Assembly (NCBI GenBank): GCA_009103225.1
Contig: RHPI01003389.1
Coordinates: 911,162 to 975,161 of the forward strand
Direction: 5' to 3'
DNA from: Chlorokybus atmophyticus
Taxonomy: Eukaryota; Plantae; Mesostigma and Chlorokybus algae
Length of the DNA stretch: 64,000 nt
Below, in pieces: positions 1 to 14,423 of this stretch. A program made the position numbers and the translations under genes. Under the pieces are notes generated by a model. That model was not told the DNA's origin and did no database searches. It worked only from the letters and a program-made list of their open reading frames with translations. Each line of letters opens with the position of its first letter. The stretch's first letter is position 1.

Positions 1-72
1 AAGGGACTTGTTGTTAGATTTGTTGCTTTATTCCAACCTCTTGCGCAAACCAACAAGTGTGTTGTCACGCAC

Positions 73-1845
73 CTGAGCAAGCTCCTTCTTCGAGACAAGG
101 GCTTTCTTGTCAAATGACGCTTCGGAGCGCCGTCGGAAGAATCTCGCGCGGTGGGTGTGGTGGTTCTCGCGAATGATGTCGAACACGCCGCGGGAGTGGA
201 GCTCCTCCAGCGCGATGATGCCAGCCCTCAGGTCCGCTGCCCGGCTGTCGCCGCCGCCGAACAGATCCCTCCTCACACCACCATCGGCCGGCACCTGACA
301 ACACAAACACAATGTACTTAAGCTGAATGAGCAAGCAAGCTGAAGACGCAACAAACACGTGCACGCGAATGTCATGTGGTAGATGTACACCCGTGTGCCT
401 GCGTGTGCGCATGTGCGTATGTGTGCATGTGTGCGCGCACGTGGGGTATTCACATCCCGTGTGTTCATGCACACGTGTGTATGCAGCCGTATGCCACATG
501 GCGACAACATGCAAACGGATTGTGTACGACACAAGCCCAGCATACCTGCAGGCGGGGCAGCAAGGGGATCTCTCTGATCAGGAACTGATGCACCACAAGT
601 GCATACAACACCTCCTCATGCGCCTGATGCACCTCACTGCCCTTCAAGTCAGATATCCGCCTGCACAAGAGTGAAGAACACACATTACACAAAAGACACG
701 CTTGTCATGCATACAATGGTACGACAGCATGATGTTTGCGTTGGGTGTGATGGCACATGTTCTGTGCAAGCATGCGTGTGCATGTGCGCGTGCTTCATGA
801 CTGCCCAGTTGCATGTATAAATGTACGTATGCATGCAAGAGGTAATTACTGTGCTTGACACGGTGATATGTCAGACGTGCGGTTGTTGCACCTGGCAAGC
901 ACTGGCTCCGCTGCTATAGCTTCCTCAACCTTCGGGCCAGCGTGATACTCACGCAGCAAAGCCAACTCGCTCTCGACAGCCGTGTCGAAGTCATCGTGGA
1001 AGGTGTTGGACTGCAACACTTGAAACAACCTAACGCCTGCGTGCGCAATGTGGCTTCAAGTCATACACGGCAGCTGCAACTTACAAGCGCAAATGCACAT
1101 TAGCAGTGATGTGTATGCGCGCACACACGAATGCACATGTGTATGCACGAACGTGAAACGCACAAAACAACAGTGTGCAACGCTCAATAGGCACGCACAC
1201 AGGTTTGCACGCACGCATGCGCGTGCACACACCTATAAACACAGACGCAGACGCAGGCAAGCAGCCACTTGCACGCGCACATGTGTACGTATGCAGCGGC
1301 AAGCTGTGTCATCATTACAAGACAGCAATGCACTGTTTCCTGAAAGCGTAACACTACCGTTGGCTGTCTTCAGGGACAATGGCGCCAAACTTTGCTTGAA
1401 CTGCCCGCCACCCTGTGACGAAGTGCTCGGCGTGTCGGCACAGCAGCAAACGTTACGTGTGGCCTCTTCTGGAAGCTTCACTGACCAACCCTGCAAGTAG
1501 ACGCAATGCTTGAAACCCTACTGTGCTTTACAACTGCATGATAGCTGAACATCAGTCAAGTGGGACGTGTGTATGTGGTCAACGTGTTGGATGCTTTCAC
1601 GTTAAACAACTCTGAGAAGGATTTTAGAAAGCCTATGTTCATACTTTGGACAACCCATGCATACATGCTTTGTCAATAAGCCTCACCCACTGCAGTGGAA
1701 GCTTGGTCGAAGCATGCTGCTTCCAAGCAGCAGGCAAGTGGTGCTGTCTCCTCCTCGCTCTCGGCGCTGTGTGTGCACGCCGAAGACAATCAGGACTAGC
1801 ACAGCAGGGAAGGTAGGCGCTGCAGCTGAGCCCGGGAACGCCCAT
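73..1845 (-). CDS. DUF760 / UV-B-induced protein At3g17800-like, probably plastid-targeted; multi-exon, 3' end runs off the window
   Basis: Spliced translation reads LAPLSLKTANG|VRLFQVLQSN...VLAR|RISDLKGSEVHQAHEEVLYALVVHQF...LEELHSRGVFDII...LVSKKELAQ. This matches my recollection of the family (APLQLES..., LYRRIAE...EEILYALVVQKF, LERLHSPE, ISKLRVGQVY). GT-AG junctions keep frame. Start ATG at 1845 is inferred. Confidence 0.8.
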
Positions 1846-2160
1846 CCAGCCGCCCACGACAGCGACGACACCGCCGCCGCCAATTGGCCTGCATAAAAGC
1901 ATATAAACATATTATCACATTTGCAGTAGAGTTTGATCACAAGTATATCAAGGTGACTCGTCGATGTCAAGTTGAGCGTGTATATAGCACCACTTGACCA
2001 AACCGAGACTGATTGTAACTGGGTAAAGGGAATATTTGTCATCGTTGCGGGGCACAAATGCTTTTGTCAACTGTTGAAAAGGATATCGGCGGTCTTGCTG
2101 AGTTCAGTCAGGGTTAGCCTGACGGGCTATTCTACCGCGGCAACGTCGGCGGCGGCGGCA

Positions 2161-5100
2161 ATGGCGGCGGTGGTGGCTGCGTCGTCGGCATTGGGGAGAT
2201 TAACAGCCAGTCACAGTGGCTCAAAAGAGCTGCAGGGTCAGGCGGTGCCGAGCGTGCGGCGAGCCAATGGCAGAGCCAAGGGTGGGGTCAGGGTGGGCAC
2301 CAGCTGCCTGCTTGAGGCGCCTGTGCTCGGCAAGGAGGCGGCGGAGTTCTGCGGAGACGAGGGTCATGTCATGGACAGGCCTGCCATCAAGGTGAGGTTG
2401 GAAGGAGCAGTCGTTGCAATTTTCTTGCCAGTTGCTCCACAGCGTTGACACACTTGTTGAGTAACTGCTCTGTCTATATGTCATTGGTAGTTACTGCCAC
2501 TTGAGTTTGCTGGAATGCTGGGCTGTTGCGTGTCTTGTCAGCTGTTTATCAGCTTGAACACTAGGCGTAGTGGCCAGAGACATTGCTTTCTGTATGCAGC
2601 CATTTGCGCAACCACCTACCGCTTACAGTGATACGTCACGTCAATATTGCCACTGTTGCGTCATTGAGCTACTAACCAACACTACTTTGAACTATCAGTT
2701 GACGATGCACGTTCAGTTGGTTGGCTTTCCGACAGAAGCTCGGTTTCTGTAATCTGTACAGGGATTATCAAGCTGCGTGCTGCCATTCTTGCACACTATG
2801 CGCATATTGCTACTACCATACGCTGCTACTACATGCGCGGCTACTGTACGACGCTGATATCACATCTTGCATGACTTCTTATCGATGCTACTGCTTACCA
2901 TGACTAGTATGTGAATATGCTGCTAGCAGTTCAAACTATCCTGCTGCTACTGTCCTGATGAAAGAGTTTCTGACTATTATGTCGGCATGTATGTGCACAA
3001 CAGTGGCTTACTTGTTGGGTGTGCACACATCTGTTGCGTGCTTTGACAACTGACTTCTATCCCTGCAGGCCATTGAGCCAGGGCATGTTGCGGGAGACAA
3101 GAAGTACTTCATCCACACGTTTGGGTGCCAGATGAACTTGGCAGACAGCGAGCGCATGGCGGGCGTGCTGGAGGCGATGGGCTACTCCAGCTCGCTCAAC
3201 CCGGAGGAGGCGGACGTTGTGGTGTGCAATACATGCTCAATACGCGACAAGGCGGAGCAGAAGGTATGCACGTCTGCCTTTCGAAGCAAGCTAGTCTGCT
3301 TGTCAATGCAATGCCATTACTGAGTATACAAACAGATCAGTAGTAAGTACTGCAACACACATGTGCGTATGCGTGTGCTTGCGCACATGTGTGCGCAAGC
3401 ACACGCATACGCACATGCGCACACACAAAGCCACACAAAGCATGCACAGCGGTAGCTATGTCACGACTTCCAGCTGAGAGAATTGAGCACCAGTAGTCAT
3501 GTTGTGCTTTTGGCATGCGCGGTTTGAGCATGTTTGTTGAGCTCAACTTACCATTAGCGCACACAACCATCCATCATGTCATTGGCGCATTGGAAAGAAG
3601 GGCATCACGGTCGCACGGCGCCTTGCTTGTCAGGGCATGTTAGCTAGTCATATGTTGGTCGTCACAGCAGCATGTTAGTGTAAACATGCTGCTGTGAACT
3701 GCGGACGGAAGTTGTTGAACTTGTGTAAGTCGGTTCAGTTGCTAGTGATTTTGAGTGTGTGTGTTTGATTGTGTGGTCACTAGAAACATCGATGTTGTAC
3801 AAAATTGTCGTAGTCATTTGCAGCAGCGGCTGTACGGTTTCACTGTCTGAAATGCAAAGGGCGCTATGCTTCTGCCACTGCACTTTCGTCTTCGACCTGA
3901 AAGGTGTTGCTCCAAGTCATAGTTGATTTTGGGTTGCAGGTGTACTCGTACTTGGGTACGCAGGTTGCTAGAAAACGAGCAGATCCCAACATCAAGCTGG
4001 TGGTCGCCGGGTAAGCACATTGGCAAGTTGTCGTGCTTTGACTTGACTTGTCAAGACACTGAATGTGGCGCAAATTCACTTACAAGTGGCATGTTTTACC
4101 TCTCATGCCTTCTGTGTACCTGGCTGGTTCGGCAGGTGTGTTGCACAGCAGGAGGGTGAGCGATTGTTACGGCGGGTTCCAGAGTTGGATATTGTGATGG
4201 GGCCTCAACATGCAAACCGTCTGCACGAGTTGTTAGAACAGGTGGGCAATCGCATGTTCGCCACGTTTCTATAGTTTCACACTTGTGCTTACAATCCCAC
4301 ACCAAACACAGCAAAACGTTTTTGCCTTACATTGATCAATTCATGTTGTATGGCAGGCAGATTTGGGCTCGCAAGTGTGCGCGATTGAGTTTACACACAT
4401 TCTTGAGGACATTGCAGTGCCGAGGAGAGACTCGCAAATAACAGCATGGGTGAACATCATCTACGGGTGCAACGAGCGGTGTTCGTACTGCGTGGTGCCA
4501 AGCACGCGAGGCGTGGAACAGTCGAGAGAGCCGGAGGCTATCAAGCGGGAGGTGCTCGCACTCGCTGAGGCCGGGTATGGTCTGGCCAACAAACACTGTT
4601 GCACACCACACAACCTCAACCATCCTACCTGTGCATACGTGGGTTGTGTAATCTGTTAGCCTATCCTTGTGAGAATGACCATACATTACTCATTGGGTAC
4701 CATATGCACAGGTACAAGGAGATCACTCTTCTTGGGCAGAACATTGACGCTTATGGCAGAGATTTGCCTGGCTCAGCAGCAGATGGATCCGGCAGGAGGA
4801 GATGGACGCTAACAGACCTGTTACACTATGTTTGTGATGACCTCACAGGGATCCAGCGCGTGCGATTTGCCACATCCCATGTAAGACTGCTACAAGTTTC
4901 ACTTGTGTGGTACAACAAACAAGGTTGCGCAGCTTTGCATTTTGCCCTGACTGTGAAACGAAAAGAGATTTAAGTTGTATGTGTGCGCGTGTGCTGTGCA
5001 GCCGAGATACTTTACAGAACGATTGATAAAGGCATGCGCAGAGATTCCGTTGGTGTGCAAGCACTTTCACATACCTTTCCAGTCAGGCGATAACGACATC

Positions 5101-6042
5101 CTTAAAGAGATGAAGCGTGGCTACACGCACCAGCAGTACAGGAAGATCATTGATACCATTCGGCGGTACATGCCAGACGCATCAGTCAGCGCTGATGCAA
5201 TTGTTGGGTTTCCAGGTACGCCTTGCTTACTTAGCTTGGCATAATTTATCAAAATTGGGTGGTTTTAATGGATAGCATGTGTGCTTTGTGTACAACAATA
5301 TGCACGTGTTGCTATGTGGCTTATTGGGCTTCCTTGCACTGCAGGGGAGACAGAGGAGCAGTTTCAGCACACATTGCGCCTCGTGGAAGGTTTGTCCTTT
5401 TTCTGCTCTGTTGATCAAGTGTTAATGCACACTCATGCTGGTCTTAAAGTCAGCTGCTGTGCTGCAGAGGTTGGCTTTGATCTCGTCAACACTGCTGCAT
5501 ACTCACCACGACCAAACACGCCCGCTGCACTGTGGGACACTCAGGTGTGGTTCACTACTCTGGTTGACATGGCCATGTGTGCGTCTCACAAGTTGAGCTT
5601 AACTCTAGTAATATCTGCATTGGTGCTGATGAGCATGACTTTCACAGGTAGCCGATATGATCAAGTCAGATCGGCTTCAAAGGTTGAATGAGGCTGTAGC
5701 TGCGAGCGCAGCAAGCCGCACCGCTCGGTACTTTGGGCGAGAAGAGTTTGTGCTTGTTGAAGGCATCAACCCCAAGCTACCTGAACAGGTACAATTCAGA
5801 TCGGTTTGTTATAACCTTGTCGCTTTCTTGTTTGATTATTCCGCCAGTTAATAGAATATGTGCTGATATGGCCCTGCACTGAGCTTCTGCTGGTTATTGT
5901 GCAGGTTATGGGAAGGACTGATGGCAACAGGATTGCTTACTTTCCCGGTGGTCCAGAGCTTGTTGGCAAGATGGTCAAGGTTAAGATCACTGAAGTGCGC
6001 TCATTCAGCACAACGGGGGAGCTAGTGGAAGTCATTGGCTAG
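2161..6042 (+). CDS. miaB: tRNA-2-methylthio-N6-dimethylallyladenosine synthase (radical SAM methylthiotransferase), organelle-targeted; multi-exon
   Basis: UPF0004 motifs TFGCQMN and [12 protein letters not shown]; radical [12 protein letters not shown]; [35 protein letters not shown]; C-terminal TRAM-like GRTDGNR...VKITE. Exon 1 (2161-2391) is transit-peptide-like and joins exon 2 (3069) in phase 0. Confidence 0.95.
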
Positions 6043-7134
6043 GTATTGATGTACATTACAAGCAGTGTTGCCCGCGGTTGAAGAGTGTGCACAACAAATG
6101 CAGGACACGCCTATGCATAGGACATGCGTTGAGGTGGTCACAACATCACATGCACCGCACGCACACCATCAATTTGAATTAAGCACATCACCGGGTTTCT
6201 GCTCGAGGACACGCCTGCGCATTTTTAAGCAGAAAACAGATTAGTATGCTCTCAACACATAACCGCGGTGTTCACAAGTTGAATTGCAACATAATCACTG
6301 GGAGCAATACATGGTGCATCAGGTGCGGTGGACTTGGATTTGACGGCGTGCAATGAGTAGCTGGCTTGATTATGCTTGATTAGCGCAACAAGCTGAATTT
6401 AACTTTCCTGCTTGCGAGTGAGTATGGTATCATGGGTTTTGCAGGGCAATCATATAGTTGACCAGCAAACATTGGCATAAGTGTGTGCTTGTGGTGCATT
6501 TGCGCCCATGGTGCCTGCGCCCTGATGCACTGCATGAAGCAGAAGAGTGCAATATGCATATTATCACTAGTAATGCGAATGCAGGGCATGTTGTGCTATA
6601 CCATGTGTTCCACGCACATCCATGACGCGATAGCCAGCGCCACACAACCAGCACCAACAGCACCAAGTCAATGCGCTACCCACCCCATCATGACTTGACA
6701 TGAAGCGCATGACGTCGATATTGCGCAAACCTATGTGTTGGTATAAGATATTGAGTAGTATTGATTGCTAAGTATCCACATGCTTGCAGTTATTGCTTGG
6801 CATGAGACAGTTTAATGCTGCATTGATACATGTTGATACGTTACTACTATACTCAATGTGTGCAACCAAAGGTGTGCAGCCACAAATGCAAATATGCACT
6901 ACGCACACATGCATAACATTGCATATATGTTACACATCGCAACCCCCTCACCCCCCACCCCCCCTCCGTCGAAAACCTTATACACTGGCGCAGCGATATG
7001 CACGGGTGAAAAGTGATCAAGCGATAACCTCAACGTGGAGTGAGTGACTGCGGTGGTTGAAAAGCAGTTGGGCGGGTGCGTTGCTGCGGGGAATTCTGTG
7101 TGATTGATTTAATGCCGTGCTGAACGCAATCCCC

Positions 7135-7251
7135 NNNNNNNNNNNNNNNNNNNNNNNNNNNNNNNNNNNNNNNNNNNNNNNNNNNNNNNNNNNNNNNNNN
7201 NNNNNNNNNNNNNNNNNNNNNNNNNNNNNNNNNNNNNNNNNNNNNNNNNNN
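7135..7251. other. Assembly gap (run of N)
   Basis: 117 consecutive N. Single Ns also occur at 44094 and 60082. Confidence 1.
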
Positions 7252-7985
7252 CTCCTTGACCTCCCAGCCCTTGCAAGCAATTGCCAAGTGTGTATAACGT
7301 GAAAGCTTGCCGCATGCTTCCACATGCATAGGATACTCGAAGTGTTCTATGCATGTTGTTATGCAAACAGCAGGACCCTACATTGGCGTAGGGCTAGCAC
7401 AATTGCAATGTATAAACTGTATTATGCGTGTATTATACATATGTGTATACACGCGGGCCGTAACCGTTTATATATCTTGTGATGGTCGGGGCAAGCATGG
7501 TCATTATAGTATGGACATTATAGTATGTCACAACTGCCATGGCTGTTGAAATGCGCTGCAGCACGAGACGATGTAAGACTCAACCGCACGGCAATAATAC
7601 ACAGAAAAATTGGGCGAGTGGGGCGGCGGATGGGGCCAAGCAGCTGTCGTCAGCGTCAACAAGTCGTCGTTGTGCATGCTGCCGCCTCCTCTACCCTAGC
7701 CTAACCTTTCCCTTTGCCTGCCTTCTCCTCCTCTTGCGCTTTGCAGGTGGTTCCTACGCTTGTTATCTCCATGCCCCTGCACCCGCACACACCGTGTGTT
7801 GGGCCTGTTGCTGCTTGAGGGTCGCTAGGTCCTAAGTTGTAGTCCTATTATTAAACTCTGTCTTGGCCCCCACTCAAATCGCTTGCTTGTTGTGTGCTGA
7901 TTGCTATTTTATTGCTATGGTTGCATATGCATTTTAACCACTCTTAGAATTTGCTTTACTGCAACTCTTGTGTGTTATGTGTATA

Positions 7986-8360
7986 CAGTAAAACCTTGAT
8001 AAGTGCATGTCACTTAAGACAGGCGTATGTATGCACTTGTTGCATTTACACAGAGTCGGTGAGTACATTAGATGTGCACTTACCAAGAGTATGCACTTAT
8101 GCATGGCTTAAATGCATATACTATGCACTTACCAAGTTCACCTAGCGTCAAGTTACATAGTCATAATTGTAACAATATTTAAAATACGCTTGTAATTGAT
8201 GCGTAATTTACCCGAAAAAGTGCATTTACATATTCAAAGTTATGCGGTTAATAAAATGCACTTGTTAACAGTTGTATACACTTTCATAGGAATAACACAT
8301 GTGCTTCAATATTGAATATGTTGATTGTGCATGCGACATGCACTTATCAAGGTTGGATTG
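7986..8360. mobile_element. Tc1/mariner-pogo-like MITE, older copy
   Basis: TA-flanked. TIRs CAGTAAAACCTTGATAAGTGCATG and (reverse complement) CAATCCAACCTTGATAAGTGCATG. Internal TATGCACTT/AAGTGCAT repeats. Same family as 46840-47264. Confidence 0.75.
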
Positions 8361-8822
8361 TACTAGTAGGCAATGAGTAGTATATATGCGTGCAATCATG
8401 TTTTATGGGTACAAATCTCATAATCACATCATGTTGTTGAAAGACGACGACCATCCACCTTTCTTCGCAAAGAGCGCTCCACCGCAATTGTATCTCCTCC
8501 TTCCCCTCAACACCATACAAAAAACATGGGTTAGGTAGTATTTGATTGGTGGAGCACTCCACGATAGTTGTTTGCAAGCTCGCATGCCAGCTGTTGTAAC
8601 ACATATGGATGGGGCATATATGAAACGTGTGGCTCCCCATATGGCAGCGACTTCAACTTGCTGCTATGGCTTAATGGTTGAGGCGCCCTTGTTATGATGG
8701 TGGACAAGAATGTCTGCAACCTCCACCCTTAACCTGCCCATTTGCAATGCAATCGACATTACAATATACATAAAATAAAGTGTGTGTGTGTGTGTGTACG
8801 GGGTGCTAGACTATATGTGTTC

Positions 8823-8836
8823 GTGTGTGTGTGTGT

Positions 8837-8870
<34 letters not shown>
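8823..8870. repeat. (GT)8(AC)16 fold-back microsatellite
   Basis: Read directly; forms a 32-bp perfect palindrome at 8823-8854. Confidence 0.95.
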
Positions 8871-8873
<3 letters not shown>

Positions 8874-10722
8874 TGCTATAAACTTTTACTAATGTCACGT
8901 CTCGTGCTGATTGCTATAGTAACAAGCTGTATTGCCTGCGGATTTGTTTGCGTGATATGCTTCTAGTTGTTGCATGCAAGGGGCGCATGTGTCGTATTCC
9001 ACGCGCCCCATCGAAAAATTGATGTGCGCCACGTCTGTCACATATATGGGTATAAGACGTACATGAGGCATGTAACTCCACTCATTGATGCAACTCGTGC
9101 TTTTATGGCTACATTATATATCATTTGCAAATTTCGCTATTCACGATGGTAGCCATTGATGCAAGTGACACAACGTATGCTTATATTCGATGGCTTTATA
9201 AGTCTCAGTTTTGATTTATAAAGCACATTAATATGTGCAACTGGTGTACATAATGCTTTGTCCTATGCTTGATTGCAGATGTATGTAATGTGTAATTGAT
9301 TACATTGCACACATCGCATACGTATGCATGCCTACATATCATCGTTATGTGTGTATAAAATTAATGTACATTGCATGTGCAAAATGTAAAGTGACTTTAA
9401 GCGACACAACATCAGCAATTGCTTTTCAAAACAGGAGCAAGCTGCATATTTACACACAATTGATCTATAAGTAAGCAGGGGCATGCACAAGCTACATGAG
9501 TGCAATTATCATATACGCATATCATAATGGAAATACGTGGGTATTGATCGAGCTAACAGCACGAGGATTAAATTATAGTTCACATTGAGTATGCATATTA
9601 TGCAACTTGCATCTTATACATATGCATGAGTCATGTACAATGTTGGCAATGGCCTTCAAAAGCAGCTTTGATGGCACATTGAGGTTGGTGCGCAGTTTGA
9701 AGAAATCTGCAGGCCCTCAGCACAGTTCACAGTACCGCCAAGAGCTACTACGTCAGCAACAAGCTGAAAATAGAAATATGATGTGACTTACAGCACGCGC
9801 CCATCAAACGGCATTACCTCCGTTGGTTCGGCGCGTGCCATTCTTTCAAGGCGCCGCATTTTACTATGAGCACAAATCTCTCGATCTCGATGAACTTGCT
9901 GTCATTCATGCAAACGAGCAGCTGGCCACTGCAAGTGAGAGTTGGCAGACGACATTGGCCCTAAAGCCCGGCGACGATTTGAAAGACTTTTGAGGCAAGT
10001 CGTGCGAACTGCAGGGCTGCAATCCAGGATTGCCAATCCTGTACTTGAGTCATGAGCCGATTCTGTCCAGTGCCCACAGGCAAACTTTTAGTTGTGTTTG
10101 CCGCCGGCAAGTTGCAATTGCCGCATGCATTTCAGAAAACATGCATGTCAAATTCGTTGCGTATTCCGTTAGCAAGCCCGTCAATCAAACACAGGTGCCG
10201 CGGATGCGAAGTGGAATGTAGCATTGTCATTGATGTTGCGGATGTGGCCGTTTACAGGCATTTGAGCTTTGCGGGGCCAAACCAAAACAGAGCGCAAAGC
10301 GGCATTTGTCAAAACAGATTTGAAGCTGCAGCCAGCTGTGCCCCTTCATTGCGGCGGCGGGGTAGTTGTGGTCGTTGGTGGCGGCTTGGCTGCTAGTGTT
10401 GGCGTTGGTGTTTTCGCCAGTGAAGTGCTTGCTTGTCTCTCAAGTAGACTGATATTGTTTTGAGTGTCTCTGATCTCGCTTGAAAAGGTATATTGGTGCT
10501 GCTGATTGCTTGGGCCTGACCTGGCCTGGCCTGCATTTGGTGAGGGGTAATCTAGCCTGATCCGGCCTGGCTAGCGTAGCCCCGATAGACCCCACGACAC
10601 ACCACCATCAAGCTTGTCCTGGTCCAGCATCTGGGCTGCTGAGCTTCTGGAAAGCGGATGCTTAGGCCTGTTCGCGGGCGGCGTTGTAGTGGTGGTTGTA
10701 CTTGTCATCGCCATTGTCGTTG

Positions 10723-13486
10723 ATGGCGCCCTTGGCCGGAGGGCTGCAGGCGCCCCCGGCTTACTTCAGAGCCAGCGCAGACGTCCTCTCTGTGATGCCT
10801 GAGCTGGGAGGCGGCGGCGGCAAGGCCCAGTACGTGCAGCTGGTCGGCGGCGGGGGTGGGGCGGCGGCGGATGAGGCGGGCTCAGGTTCGGCGGCGGGAG
10901 GAGGGTTGTCACCAGGTTCAGAGACGACGTTGGGGGCAGGGGCGGGGTCAGGGTTGGTTGCTCAGAAGGAGGCCCATCAGCAGCAGCAGCAGCTGCACTG
11001 GCCAGGAGGTGCCACCAGGCTGACTGGCAAGCAGAAGGGAGGCAATGGTGAGACTGGAGCAGCTAGCAGGAAGTTGCGCAACGAAGATGGCGGTGTGGGT
11101 GGCTTGCGTGGCGTCGACAGCGACTCCGCCCTTGAACGCATGGAGGCAGGAGGCCAGGCCGGCCCAGCACCCGCCAGGTGCGCCAACCATTGCCCACCCG
11201 CATTGTTGTCTTTTGATTTCTTTTGTTAACGTATACACTGCCAAAGGCAACGTTTGTAAATACTGATTGCCACTAACCAAGACATTTGCATGCTGTTTAC
11301 TCGGTACTAGTCACTGCACCCTGTTGTACTCTGCACCCTTTAGCGTGCAGAGTACAATAGTGCATTGGTTCTTTTGTTGCTGGAGTTGTTAGCGTGATTA
11401 CCGCTGTTACAGTTGTCAGCAAGGCGATAGTGGTGAAAATGTTGACAGTATGGGAGAGCCCAAGTGCAATCAGCTGCTTTGTGGTGCTGTTTCCACAACA
11501 ACTAGCTTGGAATTCGCTGGATGATGGCGTTGACATCATCATTCAGCTGCATTTTCACAAAGAAGCCCCGGAGTTGTAGGTACATCGGATTCATTCATGG
11601 GTCTTGTCGTAACTGCGCTGATAATGACTGATTATCTGACAGCAGTTGAATCGTTTTACCTCGTTTCTGCAAACAAAACAACTTTGTAACTATGCGCGTT
11701 GTGCATTGGTGCATACAAGAATCCCCTGTTCGCTTTCGCGCCAGCAGCACATCAGCGCAGTAACAGCATGTTTTTATCCATTGATAAAGTGTTTATTTTC
11801 GTTCTCGCCTGTGAATTCTGTCGCCCGTTGTTGTCACCTTTTGTCAGTACATGCTTTCAATAGTCATATTGCAAGCATTCTGAGTTTGCTCACGTGAATT
11901 GCATTATCCCTTATGCCAGGAGTGTGCGCTTGCCACCCATTGGGAAATGGGCGCCAGCGGTGAGCAGTCTGGCGTACTGCGTGGCGTCAGTGGTGATGAT
12001 CCTGACAAACAAGCGCCTGCTCACGCGCTTCACGTTCAGCGCTCCCACCGTGCTGTTGCTCGCGCAGAACCTCATGTGCGTGTTCGCCGCCACAGGCGTG
12101 CGCATTATGCAGGTAAGGGGGACAACAATAACAACAACAATTGTCATCAGCGTAGGTGATTGTGCTATACCTGCTTATATACTTGCTTTTGTCTCATTGG
12201 TGATGTCGTGTGTGCAAGGTGTCTCGTGCATGTGCATGTGTAACTGTTTGTGCACGCATGTGTCTGCGCGTGCATGCATTTGGGGTGTGATGTCCACATG
12301 TCGTTGAGATGCATGCATTTCATCAGTCACCCAGCACCATCGTGTGGGCTGTTACCTTGGGTGTGCAAGTAGTGGCTGCCAGTACTGAGACGGTCTATGC
12401 GTGGTGATTGTTGCATGTGTTACCAACATGCCGGTCCTGTTCAGGGTCGGGGGCAAGGCCAGAATCGTGCGCCGCTGTTCTCTCCTACGATCGCGCAGCT
12501 GTGGTTTCCTGTGAACCTGATTTTTGTGGGAATGCTTTGGAGCGGCTTCCTAAGCCTGAAGTTTCTCTCGGTGGCGATGGTGACGGTGCTGAAGAACACG
12601 ACCAACATCCTCGTTGTGGCGGGAGATCGCTTCTGGTTCGGGAAGCGGCATCCGCCAGGCGTGTGGTGGAGCGTCGCCCTGATTATATTGTCAGCATTTG
12701 CTGGCGGGTTCACAGATCTCAACTTCAGCGCTGTGGGATACATCTGGCAGGCCGCCAATTGCGTGCTCACGGCAGCCTATTCACTGCGCTTGCGCTGGGT
12801 CATGGCAGGTACGCACTTACATGTTGTTGTACCCACGTTGTGCGCACATATGCTGCAGTGTGCGAATGCATCAGATATGTGAGAGCATACACTGTAAGTG
12901 CACATATGCATGTGCAAGCACATGCAGGATACATGTGCACAAGAACCACACTGACACGCATGCATGCACGAGTGCACCCACATGTACACACCCACATGCG
13001 CACGTACATGCATGTATCGGCGCACGGGTTGCATGTGGTGGTGGTAGCATTGTTGACATGTTTGTTGTTGCGCGTGCAGAGGTGGAAGAGAAGGCTGGGG
13101 GCAGGTTGGACGAAGTGGCTATGATGTTTTACAACAACCTGCTCTCTGTGCCGCTTCTGCTCGTGCTGGCGCTGTGGCAGGGCGAGCTCCCAGGCGTGTT
13201 GTATATTGACGAGTTTTGGACGGCAAAGTTTGCGAGCGCGGTGGTGTTGTCTGGCTGTGCCGGCATTGCCATCTCATTCTGCTCACTCTGGTGCCTCCGC
13301 CTAACCTCACCCACAACCTACTCGCTCGTCGGCTCCTTCAACAAGCTACCCACGGCACTCCTCGGCATACTCTTCTTCCAGTCCAATATATCCGCAACCA
13401 ACCTGCTCTCCATCATGTTTGGACTCGCCGCGGGCGTACTCTTTACACTCACGAAGCTGCACGCATCCTCCAAACCTTCCGCCTAG
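10723..13486 (+). CDS. GONST: GDP-mannose / nucleotide-sugar transporter (GONST1/2, VRG4-like) with long Gly-rich N-terminal extension
   Basis: LAYCVASVVMILTNK, WFPVNLIFVGML, VAMVTVLKNTTNI, GGFTDLNF, MFYNNLLS, TSPTTYSLVGSFNKLP. Exon 1 (10723-11177) splices in frame to the exon starting at 11920. Confidence 0.9.
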
Positions 13487-14423
13487 GGTGAGTTGCACGT
13501 CTCTACAAGCACACAAACGATGCGTGGACTCAGCGGAGCAGACAATGAGGTGTCCATTTTGAAAGGCGCGATGTTGTCTATGTGTTAACGTGTACGGACA
13601 GAGAGGGTAGGGAAAGGAGTTGGGAGAGGGTGCAGGAAGTTTTGGTATTGGTGTTGACTCGTCCTTCTTGCTAGGCGTGTAAATCCAAGTGCAAAGGGCT
13701 GGCTGGGCCGGTGCTTGGGCTCTAGTGGCTAGATGGTGGTTGCTGTGGACATATATACAGCATGTTGCAGTGCCAGTGCTGTGTTTTGCATGTTTGTGTT
13801 TGGTACTTTCATATTGAAACTTGCCATGCCGTGAACAGTTGTGAGTAGCAGCAGTTTTTGCGTGTTGTAACAGTTAGTAGGCTGCTACCGAAATGCTGTC
13901 GTTACATATGCATTGCTCAAGTGCATTTTAGTGGCAATGGAAAACATATGGCATGCAGTACGTGTGTGATGCATGTATTGCATACATTTGATGAAGTGTC
14001 AGTGTGACACTCAGCACATGACATACGCACTTGTGTGCGAGTGGCATTAGTGTGTAGGTAAACTGATTATGTTGCCGTCTGAACGGCTCGTTGCTACTGA
14101 TGAGACATACTGCTGCCACTGCTTTGCGCATGCATGGGCAAGACTAATTGCAACCTCTTAAGTTAAGCAAAGTGAGTGTGTAGAACAAGTGATCAGCAAA
14201 CTTCGTTTCATACTAATCCTGGTCGATTTGCCCGCAACAATGAACAGCACATTACACCTCATTTGCATTCACCGTACACAGACTACCCCCCAGATCCAAT
14301 GAGTACAACCTCAATAACAACAACTAGGAGCCCCACCCCACCACTTCATGCCAATGTGGAGCCAGCCATCCATCTCCAATGTTGGTTTGTTGTACAACAC
14401 ACTTATGGTGCCACCCATCCACT

